Of a DNA stretch of 64,000 nucleotides, positions 51,348 through 59,290 are shown piece by piece (positions within the stretch are counted from its first letter, which is position 1; each line of letters starts with the position of its first letter). The position numbers were made by a program, and so were the translations under genes. Source of the stretch: Alphaproteobacteria bacterium. GTDB taxonomy: Bacteria; Pseudomonadota; Alphaproteobacteria; CALKHQ01. A model generated the notes under the pieces. The model saw only the letters and a program-made list of their open reading frames with translations. It was not told where the DNA came from and made no database searches. The stretch spans positions 2,848,001-2,912,000 of the forward strand of contig CBDDFZ010000001.1 of assembly GCA_965227515.1 (NCBI GenBank), written 5' to 3'.

Positions 51348-54300
51348 ATGGGCTACCTTCCACACCCGCATTACGCCGAGCAGGACCCGAATAATTCGGA
51401 GGTCATCCACTTCTACGAGACACACTACTCGGACGATCGCGACGATTGGACCCAGATCGGGTTCGGCACGCTGCCGGATGGCCTGACCTGGGACGAGTGG
51501 GTGGAGGGATTCGAGAACAACGAGGGCGTTCCGCTGGAAAACTTCGTCCCGGTCGATCCAGACGCCGGGGAGGGCGATGGAGACGGCCTGCCGGCGGGTG
51601 GAGAAGGCGATGGCGACGAATTGCCAGGGGATGGCGAAGGCGATGGGGGTGCCGGCGGCACGGTGGGCGACTCCGGTGATGGCGATGGCGACGCCGGGGA
51701 CGGCGACAGTGGCGATGGCGATTCCGGTGATGGCGATTCCGGCGATGGCGATTCCGGCGATGGCGCCAGCGGCGATGGCCAGGGCGACGGCGGGCAAGGC
51801 GACGGCCAGGGCGATGGCGGTGGTGGCGGCACCGGCGCCGCCGGTGAAGGCACGGGCGTGCAGGACAGCTTCATCGCGTTCTGCAAAGCCCTCATGGAGG
51901 ACTATGAGTCCGCGCTCGACAACCTGAACGACCTGGGCGAGCAGGTGCCCAGCGGCGGCGGCGAAGACGCTGCCGCGGAAGCCATCGGCATCAGCGAGGA
52001 GATCGGCGATCTTGCCGGTGTTCTGGAAGACCTGAACAGCGAGACGGAAGCGCTGACGTCTGCGTTGGGGCGCGGCCAGCTGGCATTGAATGGATTGCAT
52101 GACTCGGTCGGCGGCATCGACGGTGGCGACATCCTGTCCGACACGCCGTCGGTCTCGATTCAGCAGTTTGAGGAGCCGCCGGAGTTCGCGGAAACCGGCG
52201 GTGAGCCGGTCGCGCTGTCATCGGGCGCGTTCCAGAACGTTACGGTCGACCTGGTGATCCCGTCGGTGGGCGTGGATTTCGATGTCACCCGCATCTACAG
52301 CAACCAAGTCTACAATGCCGGGTCTTTCGGTGCGAAGTGGGATGTCTGGTTCGACGCCAACGTGCGCGAGCTCAGCAGCGGACTGGTCTATCTGTGGAGC
52401 GGCCAGGCGCGCGGCTGGTTCCTCAGCCCGGACGGGCCGAACGACTATGACGGCGGGGTCGGCTTCCGACACCGGTTCGTGCGTGCCGGCGGCGGCTGGG
52501 AGTTGCGCGATCGCACCGGATTTGTCTGGGTGTTCGACGGCGATGGGCACCTGTCCGAGCGCAGGGACCGGTTCGGCAATTTCATTCGCGTCAACCGCAA
52601 TGGCGACGGCCTGATTGTCGGCCTGGAGGACACCAACGGGCGCACCCTGACCGTGTCCCGCGACACGGCCGAGCGGGTTACCGAGATTGCCGACTGGACC
52701 GGGCGTGTCTGGCAGTACGACTATGACGGGCAGGTGCTGAGCGCGGTCACGCTGCCGGCAACGACCGATCATCCCGGCGGCCGGGTGATTCGGTACAGCT
52801 ATGATTCACCCGGACCGCCCCAGATGCGCGCCAACCTGGTGTCGATCGACAGCCCGGTCGGCTCCGAACTGGTGGCCAACATCTACGGCACGTCGGTTGA
52901 CGGCTTCAACAAGGTGATCGAGCAGGACTTCGCCGGCGACGACCATCAGTTCGAATACGAGGTCGTCAACGACGACATAGACGCGGAGGTGGTGAACCGT
53001 CACCAGTTGTCCCACCGCACCACCCATACCGACGGGCGCGGCATCGTCCACATCCATGAATTCAATGTGTTCGGTGGCCTGCTGGAGACGCGCACACTGT
53101 CACAGGGTATCGCCACCAATGCGCCGTCCAACTGGCGGTTCGCGTTCCAGTACGACACCTTGCTGCACAATCAGGAGATCGTCCTGCCCGGCGGTTCGAT
53201 CCTCCGTTTCAACTACGATCTCGGCGCCGGCGATCCGTTGGCGCGCCACGATATCCTGCAGATACGCCACGTGCCCAGCGACGGCGGCACCCACGCGGTC
53301 CACCGCTTCGAATACGGGGCCTTCGGCCAGGTGACCCGGTTCGAGGACCCGCTGGGCAATGTGTTCGAGATCGACGTCGACAACATGGGCCGTCCCACGC
53401 GGTACACGGGGCCGTCGGCCGAACTGGCGACTGGCGGCAGCCACACGCCGATCGTTGACACCGTTTATGATGCGCGCGGCCAGATCGTGAGCATCGCCAG
53501 CGCCGAGGGTGTCACCCACAGCTTCGAATACGAAGGCGGTGGCCAGAACGCCGGCCGTCTGGTGCGTCAGCGCCGCAACGGGACGCAGATCGCACAGTAC
53601 GATCGCGATGCCTTGTGGCGCGTCACCGGGTACACGGACGAGGCGGGTCATCTCTTCACGCTGCAATGGGATGCCGCCGACCAGGTGACGATGGAACTCG
53701 GCCCGACCGGCACCCACGTCAGGCGCAGGTACCGCTATGACGAGGCCGGCAGCCTGGTTGCGGTGGGCGAGCGCAACATCAACGAGAACGGGGTGGTCGG
53801 CTTCCCGGTCTTCGTCGAGACCACGTTCGAGCGTGACGTTCGCGGCCGTGTCACCGCGGTCCACCAGCCGATCGAAAGCGGCGTTTCGGCGGAAACGCTG
53901 ATCGAATGGGACGCCGACAACCGCATCGTCGAGGTGATCGATCCGGAAGGTGTCTCTACGCGTTGGGTCTGGGACGAGCGTGGCCTGATCCACGAGCGCA
54001 TCACGGCGGCGGGCACCAGCCGCGAGGCGGTCGAGCGCTTCGCGCACAACCTGGATGGACTGATCTCGTCGTACGCTGATCCGAATGGGAATGCGCGTAG
54101 TTACGCGTACGACGGCTACCTTCATAACGCGTCCATGCAGAGTCCGGACGGCACCACGGCGCGATGGGCGTTCGACCGCGCCGGGCGGCTGACCCGCGCC
54201 GATGTTGAGGACGGCGCCGGCATCCTGCGCGAACGTCACCGCTTCGACTACGACGCGCTTGGCCGTGTCATGCGCGTGCGACAGCGGGTCATCGAACCGG

Positions 54301-57300
54301 ACGGCATTGCCGTTGCCACCCTGGCCAACGAGGTCGCGTACGACCGGGACGGGCACCCGGTGGCGCTGATCGACGCCGATGGCGGCCGCCATGACATCGC
54401 CTGGAACGCGGCCGAAGACGTTGTTTCCGTGACCGATCCCTCCGGTGACCCGACGCTCTTCGAATACGATCCGCGCGGCCTGATGACACGCATGACCAGT
54501 GTCGGCACCGACACGGCCACCGGTGCGACGTCGGTTGTCAGCCACAGCTTTGCCCACGATGCGCTTGGGCGCCTGACCTCGGCGACCGACGGGCTCGGCA
54601 ACGCCGATCGCTACACTTACGACGGCCGCAACCGGTTGACTCAGTTGGAGCGGCCCGCCGGCGTGATCGAGGAATATGCCTACGACCTGGCCGGCCGCAT
54701 GACCCAGCGGCGCATCGCGAGGGTGCGCCCCAATGGCATCCCGTTGTCCGACGTGGTCGAGCTCGTCGGCTACGACCTTGCCGGACGGCCCGTGCGGCTG
54801 CGCGATGGCGGCGGCAATGAGATCGAAATCACGCGCGACGCCATGGGGGATGCGACCAGGATCGACCTGCCCGACTTCACATACGCTCAGTACGAATACG
54901 ATGCCGCCGGCAACCCGATACGCGTGCAAGACGGCCGCGGAACGGTCGTCGAGATCGATTATGACGGCCTCAACCGGCCAGTCCGCCAACAGGTCGTAAC
55001 GGCAGCCGGCGCGCTCGGCGCCACCGATGAAGAGTTCGAATACGATGCGACCGGCAATCTGGTGCGGGCGGAAAATGCCAGCCACGTTGTCGAGCGAACC
55101 TTCGATTCGCTGGGCCGGCTGCGCAGCGAAGAGGTCGATGGACGAACCGCCACCCGCACCTATCGCGCCAACGGCTTGCCCCGGGACCTGGCCTATCCGT
55201 CGGGGTTCCGGTTACGCGCCAGCTTCGACGACGCGCATCGGCTGCGCGACCTGAGTATCGTCTCGGCCGGCAGCGGGTTTCCAGGTGGAGCGTTGCCGCC
55301 GGACCCGCTGCTCCACTGGGACTATCGGGCCGAGGTTTTCCCCTCACGGCTAACCACAGCCGGCGGCGCCGAGCAGCGCATCGGCTACGATGCCGCGGGG
55401 CGAGACTTGGAAATCGCGGTCGCGACAACGGCGGGGCCGGACGAGCACCTGGTCAATCTGCGTGACGGGTTTGGGCGCATTCGCATGCGATTGCGCGACA
55501 GCCTTCACACCACGGCGGCCAGGTACGAGAGTACCGGCTGGCTCAGCAGCGTTGCGCAAGGCGCGGCGCCCGCACTTCCTGGCCTCTCCAATTGGCGGCC
55601 GACCGGCAACAGCGCCAACCCCAACCCGGCGGGCGATCAGAACTCGCTCAACGTGCTGGCGGCGAGCCTGGATCCCGCCGTACCTGACCGCAGCGACGAC
55701 TACGCCTACGACAGCCGCGGCAACCGAACGTCGCACACCCGCGCGGAAGGTGGCGTGGACAATACGGTGTCATGGACCTACGACGATTCAAGCCGGGTGA
55801 CATCGATGTCCGGCGCGTCTGTGACCTCCGACGGGGCCGGCAACGTGCGCGACGACGGCGTACATCGCTACAGCTATGACCACGCCGGGCGGTTGACCAG
55901 GATTGAGCCCACCGGTGGCGGTGCGGCTCTGGTCGAGATCAGCCGCGACGCGTTGGGCCGGGCGATCGAGGTGACGACGCCGTCTGGCACCCGTCGCCGG
56001 TTCTACGCGGTTCTCGACCTGATCGAGGAAACGACGGCGACCGGCAGCTTGCTGGCGCTCTACGTTCCCGGCACCAGCATCGACCAGCCGCTGGTTGCCT
56101 TCGCGGGCGGTGACGTCGCGTTTGCGCATCAGGACTCGGTCGGCACCGTTTTCGCGACGACGGACCGTGACGGCCGCCTGCAGCACCGCTATGTGCGCGA
56201 CGAGTTCGGGCAGGTGCTCGGCACTCTGGCGGCGGATGGCTTGCCGCTGCCAGCAGGAACTGACATCTACCCGTTCGGTTTGCAGGGCCGCGATGCCTGG
56301 ACCGACGATCCGATCGTCGTCGATTATCGTGCCCGCGTGATGCGCGCCGATTGGGGTCGGTTCCTGCAGCCCGATCCATTGGGGCTGGCCGGCGGCGCGA
56401 ACGTCTATCAGTTCGTTGGCAACAACCCGCTGCTGTACGTTGACCCGACGGGCGAGCTCGCGTTCCTGCTTGCAGGCATCCTGGCGGGTGCGCTGATCGG
56501 CGGCGGCGTCGCGGCGTGGTTCAACCGCGACAAGTCCGGCTGGGACTTCTGGGTGCCGGTGATCGGCGGGGCGGTGGGCGGCGCGGTGATGGGGTCCGGC
56601 CTGGGTCTGGCCGGGTTCGTTGCCGGGGGCGCCATCAGCGGCGGTATCGTTGGCAGCTATGAGGGCTACAAGGCCGGTGGCGTGAAGGGGGCGATAATCG
56701 GCGGCACCTTTGGCACCGTGTTCGGCGGATTGGCTGGGGGCGTCGGCGGCTCGGTCGGGCGCAGCGTCACAACGCGCTTTACCGGCCAGATTACCAACAG
56801 CCTGATCGGGCGGATGTCGGGCCAGAGCGCCTATGCCGTGGGCTCCTATGCCGGTGCCGGCCTTGGCGCCGCGGCGGGCGGCGGCGCTGGCGGCGGCATC
56901 AATGGCTTCGGCAATGGCGTGGGGCAGTCGCTCGCCGCCGGTCAGGATGTCGGGGATTCGCTGCGCAATGGCGCAAACGCCACGCTGCCCGGCGTTGGCT
57001 ACGGCCTGGCAACCGGCGTCGTCTCCGGCGTCGGCACCAAGGGCCTGATGCAAGCGGGCAGCTACCACGGATTCAAAGGCGGGCCGACCTGGCTCAGCGG
57101 TCGGAACAGCCGTGCCGGCGTCATCGGCGCCGAGGGCGAGTTCTTTGTCGGCCAATCCATTGGGCAGCGTGCCAACACCGCGTTCCGTACACCTGGCGGC
57201 AAGATCCCGGACTTCTGGGGCCGCGTGCGCGCGGAGGTCAAGAACACCGCCAAGGTGCCGACGCTCAACCAACAACGCGGGCAATTGCGGCAGTTCATTG

Positions 57301-57470
57301 CCGCCAATCGTGGTGCCGGGTCGGACCCGTTCCAGCTCTTCCTGCGGCCGGGTGTGACGCCGCCGCCGCGTGGCGGGGTGATGGGACAGGTCAATGCCGG
57401 CAATCTGGTGCTGCGGACGATCCCGCACTACGCCTATCCGGCGCTGGCGAGCCTGCCGCTGGGCTGCTGA
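51348..57470 (+). CDS. Rhs/YD-repeat polymorphic toxin (2040 aa) with DUF6531-like domain and PD-(D/E)xK nuclease tip
   Basis: RBS GAGGAGG before ATG 51348; 'GEPVALSSG...TRIYSNQ...FGAKW'; many YD-x-x-GR repeats; core end 'GRFLQPDPLGLAGGANVYQFVGNNPLLYVDPTGE'; tip 'KIPDF...AEVKN...QLRQF'. Confidence 0.93.
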   Translation: MGYLPHPHYAEQDPNNSEVIHFYETHYSDDRDDWTQIGFGTLPDGLTWDEWVEGFENNEGVPLENFVPVDPDAGEGDGDGLPAGGEGDGDELPGDGEGDGGAGGTVGDSGDGDGDAGDGDSGDGDSGDGDSGDGDSGDGASGDGQGDGGQGDGQGDGGGGGTGAAGEGTGVQDSFIAFCKALMEDYESALDNLNDLGEQVPSGGGEDAAAEAIGISEEIGDLAGVLEDLNSETEALTSALGRGQLALNGLHDSVGGIDGGDILSDTPSVSIQQFEEPPEFAETGGEPVALSSGAFQNVTVDLVIPSVGVDFDVTRIYSNQVYNAGSFGAKWDVWFDANVRELSSGLVYLWSGQARGWFLSPDGPNDYDGGVGFRHRFVRAGGGWELRDRTGFVWVFDGDGHLSERRDRFGNFIRVNRNGDGLIVGLEDTNGRTLTVSRDTAERVTEIADWTGRVWQYDYDGQVLSAVTLPATTDHPGGRVIRYSYDSPGPPQMRANLVSIDSPVGSELVANIYGTSVDGFNKVIEQDFAGDDHQFEYEVVNDDIDAEVVNRHQLSHRTTHTDGRGIVHIHEFNVFGGLLETRTLSQGIATNAPSNWRFAFQYDTLLHNQEIVLPGGSILRFNYDLGAGDPLARHDILQIRHVPSDGGTHAVHRFEYGAFGQVTRFEDPLGNVFEIDVDNMGRPTRYTGPSAELATGGSHTPIVDTVYDARGQIVSIASAEGVTHSFEYEGGGQNAGRLVRQRRNGTQIAQYDRDALWRVTGYTDEAGHLFTLQWDAADQVTMELGPTGTHVRRRYRYDEAGSLVAVGERNINENGVVGFPVFVETTFERDVRGRVTAVHQPIESGVSAETLIEWDADNRIVEVIDPEGVSTRWVWDERGLIHERITAAGTSREAVERFAHNLDGLISSYADPNGNARSYAYDGYLHNASMQSPDGTTARWAFDRAGRLTRADVEDGAGILRERHRFDYDALGRVMRVRQRVIEPDGIAVATLANEVAYDRDGHPVALIDADGGRHDIAWNAAEDVVSVTDPSGDPTLFEYDPRGLMTRMTSVGTDTATGATSVVSHSFAHDALGRLTSATDGLGNADRYTYDGRNRLTQLERPAGVIEEYAYDLAGRMTQRRIARVRPNGIPLSDVVELVGYDLAGRPVRLRDGGGNEIEITRDAMGDATRIDLPDFTYAQYEYDAAGNPIRVQDGRGTVVEIDYDGLNRPVRQQVVTAAGALGATDEEFEYDATGNLVRAENASHVVERTFDSLGRLRSEEVDGRTATRTYRANGLPRDLAYPSGFRLRASFDDAHRLRDLSIVSAGSGFPGGALPPDPLLHWDYRAEVFPSRLTTAGGAEQRIGYDAAGRDLEIAVATTAGPDEHLVNLRDGFGRIRMRLRDSLHTTAARYESTGWLSSVAQGAAPALPGLSNWRPTGNSANPNPAGDQNSLNVLAASLDPAVPDRSDDYAYDSRGNRTSHTRAEGGVDNTVSWTYDDSSRVTSMSGASVTSDGAGNVRDDGVHRYSYDHAGRLTRIEPTGGGAALVEISRDALGRAIEVTTPSGTRRRFYAVLDLIEETTATGSLLALYVPGTSIDQPLVAFAGGDVAFAHQDSVGTVFATTDRDGRLQHRYVRDEFGQVLGTLAADGLPLPAGTDIYPFGLQGRDAWTDDPIVVDYRARVMRADWGRFLQPDPLGLAGGANVYQFVGNNPLLYVDPTGELAFLLAGILAGALIGGGVAAWFNRDKSGWDFWVPVIGGAVGGAVMGSGLGLAGFVAGGAISGGIVGSYEGYKAGGVKGAIIGGTFGTVFGGLAGGVGGSVGRSVTTRFTGQITNSLIGRMSGQSAYAVGSYAGAGLGAAAGGGAGGGINGFGNGVGQSLAAGQDVGDSLRNGANATLPGVGYGLATGVVSGVGTKGLMQAGSYHGFKGGPTWLSGRNSRAGVIGAEGEFFVGQSIGQRANTAFRTPGGKIPDFWGRVRAEVKNTAKVPTLNQQRGQLRQFIAANRGAGSDPFQLFLRPGVTPPPRGGVMGQVNAGNLVLRTIPHYAYPALASLPLGC
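51711..51770 (+). repeat. 15-bp coding tandem repeat (GDGDS)
   Basis: GGCGATGGCGATTCC x3 (one with a C>T change) plus a degenerate fourth copy, inside a longer G/D-rich tract of the Rhs N-terminus. Confidence 0.85.
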
Positions 57471-57557
57471 CCGGTCACGTCCTGGTCGGATCAGGCTTCA
57501 TCACCACGGGGCCAAGCCCGCCGCGGTGAGTGCAGCCTTGCAGATCGTGCATACGTT

Positions 57558-57614
57558 GTGAGCGCAGGAACAGGGCGTGAGCGCAGGAACAGGGCGTGAG
57601 CGCCGGACCAGGGC
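57558..57614. repeat. 19-bp tandem repeat x3 near the right island junction
   Basis: GTGAGCGCAGGAACAGGGC twice, then GTGAGCGCCGGACCAGGGC. Confidence 0.9.
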
Positions 57615-57672
57615 TGCGTATCAAGACCCTGTGCCTCGAAACCGCCGTTTGGACCGAGCTCGATGCTCGGCC

Positions 57673-58011
57673 CTACGCCCCCAGCAGGCGCTGGTAGGTC
57701 TCGCGGACGGTCTGGCGCACCTTCTGCGGTTGCTCGTCCAGCGCCTGGGTCAGCGCCTTGAACTCGCGGCGCATGCCGTAGAGCTGGTCGAGCAGCGACA
57801 GCACAACCGGCACGGCGTCGTCGTTCAGGTTCATCTCTTCCTTCAGTTCGCAGACCAGGCGGACGCGCTCAACGTCCAGATCGTCGAACCTGGGGCCGGA
57901 GGTGCTTGTCGCCGGCACCACCCAGCCATTGCGCACCCACAGCCGCAGCCGGCGGAGCGTGATGCGGTCGACCTCGGCGACGACCTGGGTCTCGGTCCAC
58001 ATGGTGGTCAT
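57673..58011 (-). CDS. cbpM: Chaperone modulator CbpM (MerR-like HTH)
   Basis: 'LRLWVRNGWVVP...FDDLDVERVRLVCEL...VVLSLLDQLYGMRR'; ATGA-coupled to cbpA. Confidence 0.88.
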   Translation of the reverse strand: MTTMWTETQVVAEVDRITLRRLRLWVRNGWVVPATSTSGPRFDDLDVERVRLVCELKEEMNLNDDAVPVVLSLLDQLYGMRREFKALTQALDEQPQKVRQTVRETYQRLLGA

Positions 58012-58955
58012 GACGCCCTCCCGAACGCGCCGCGCGGGTCGTAGTGGTTCTTTTCCCGCCACGTCTGCATGAACGCCTCAAGCTCCGGATCGATCCGGCG
58101 CGGCATAACCACCTTCAGCACCACACGCTGGTCGCCGGCGCCCGATTTGGCCTTCACGCCGCGCCCCTTCAGCCGCAGGGTATCGCCGCTGGTGGCGCCT
58201 TTCGGCACCGTCATGCTGACCCGACCGCCGATGGTCGGCACCTCCACCTTGCCGCCCAGCACCGCCTCGTCGATGGAGATCGGCACCTCGACCACGATGT
58301 CGTTGCCGTCGCGGCTGAACACGGCGTGGGGGCGGACGGTGATGTCGATCAGCGCGTCGCCGGCGGGGCCTTCGCCCAGCCCGGCACCGCCCTTGCCCTT
58401 CAGCCTGAGGGTGCTGCCGTCGCGGGTGCCGGGCGGGATCGTCAGGTCCAGCGCATTGCCGTCGGGCATGGTGATGCGTTGCTTGGTGCCGTTGACGGCG
58501 TCCAGGAAGTCGACCTCCAGGTGGTAGCGCGCGTCCGCTCCACGGGCGTGAAAGCCGTGCCCGCCCTGCGCCCCGCCGCGCCGGCCGCCACGGGCCTGGG
58601 CCCGCTCGCCGAACAGGTCGGAGAAGATGTCGGAATAGTTGGCGAAATCCTCGAACCCGGCGGAGCTCGCATAGCGCTGCCCGCCATCGCCCTCGGCATA
58701 GTGGCGATAGCGCGGCTGCTGTGCGCGTTCCGCACCCGAGGCATCGATCTCGCCACGGTCGAAGCGCGCGCGCTGCTCGGCATCGCTCAACAGATGATAG
58801 GCAGCCGACACCTGCTTGAATCGCTCCTCGGCCGCCTTGTCGCCGGGGTTCAGGTCCGGGTGCAGCTCCTTGGCGAGCTTGCGGTAGGCCTTGCGGATAT
58901 CGGCCTCGGACGCGGACTTCTCCACGCCCAGTACGGTGTAGGGATCGTCAGCCAC
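58008..58955 (-). CDS. cbpA: DnaJ-class chaperone CbpA (no zinc finger)
   Basis: J domain 'DPYTVLGV...YRKLAKELHPDLNPGD', DnaJ C-terminal 'LRLKGKG', paired with cbpM. Confidence 0.9.
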   Translation of the reverse strand: MADDPYTVLGVEKSASEADIRKAYRKLAKELHPDLNPGDKAAEERFKQVSAAYHLLSDAEQRARFDRGEIDASGAERAQQPRYRHYAEGDGGQRYASSAGFEDFANYSDIFSDLFGERAQARGGRRGGAQGGHGFHARGADARYHLEVDFLDAVNGTKQRITMPDGNALDLTIPPGTRDGSTLRLKGKGGAGLGEGPAGDALIDITVRPHAVFSRDGNDIVVEVPISIDEAVLGGKVEVPTIGGRVSMTVPKGATSGDTLRLKGRGVKAKSGAGDQRVVLKVVMPRRIDPELEAFMQTWREKNHYDPRGAFGRAS

Positions 58956-59058
58956 CTTGCCTCCACTCCCGAAAGTGACGTGCGCGCACAGTCGCCCGCA
59001 TGGCGATGTGGCGCAACGGAATCAACCCAATCATATATGGGTAAGGTGCCGGGAGGCG

Positions 59059-59286
59059 TCACCCGGCCTTCGGCGTATCGGCGGATTGTTCGTCGTCGCC
59101 CCGGTGCTGCTGTGCGCTCTTGGGCACGGCGACCTGATCGGCCACGCTGTCGTCGTCGATCAGGATGCGATGGGCCGCGCCGTCCAGATCCTCGAACTGG
59201 CCCGATTTCAACGACCACAGGAAAGCGCCCAGGCCGACCAGGCCCAGGAACAGCGCAATCGGAATCAGGAAGAGCAGTTGGTCCAT
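59059..59286 (-). CDS. ccoS: cbb3-type oxidase maturation protein CcoS/FixS
   Basis: 'LIPIALFLGLVGLGAFLWSLKSGQFEDLDGAAHRILIDD'. Confidence 0.93.
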   Translation of the reverse strand: MDQLLFLIPIALFLGLVGLGAFLWSLKSGQFEDLDGAAHRILIDDDSVADQVAVPKSAQQHRGDDEQSADTPKAG

Positions 59287-59290
59287 TGTG

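Larger units (their letters stand above)
47454..57759. mobile_element. Genomic island (~10.1 kb cargo) flanked by 93-bp direct repeats, no integrase
   Basis: Direct repeats at both ends, AT-rich left segment, accessory toxin/nuclease cargo, position next to tRNA-Lys. Confidence 0.8.

Noticed and set aside
51560-51840. G/D-rich repeats as a non-coding repeat array
   Set aside because: In frame within the Rhs gene with variation at synonymous positions; it is a protein linker.
48242-57470. Calling the island a T6SS effector cluster or a prophage remnant
   Set aside because: No vgrG, PAAR, hcp, Eag chaperone, or phage structural/replication genes recognisable in the window.
57558-57614. Possible mini CRISPR array
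   Set aside because: Repeats are contiguous with no spacers, only 19 bp, and no cas genes are present.
59002-59025. FnrL/FixK box upstream of cbpA
   Set aside because: Best match (TTGCGCCACATCGC on the minus strand) lacks the second half-site of TTGAT-N4-ATCAA.
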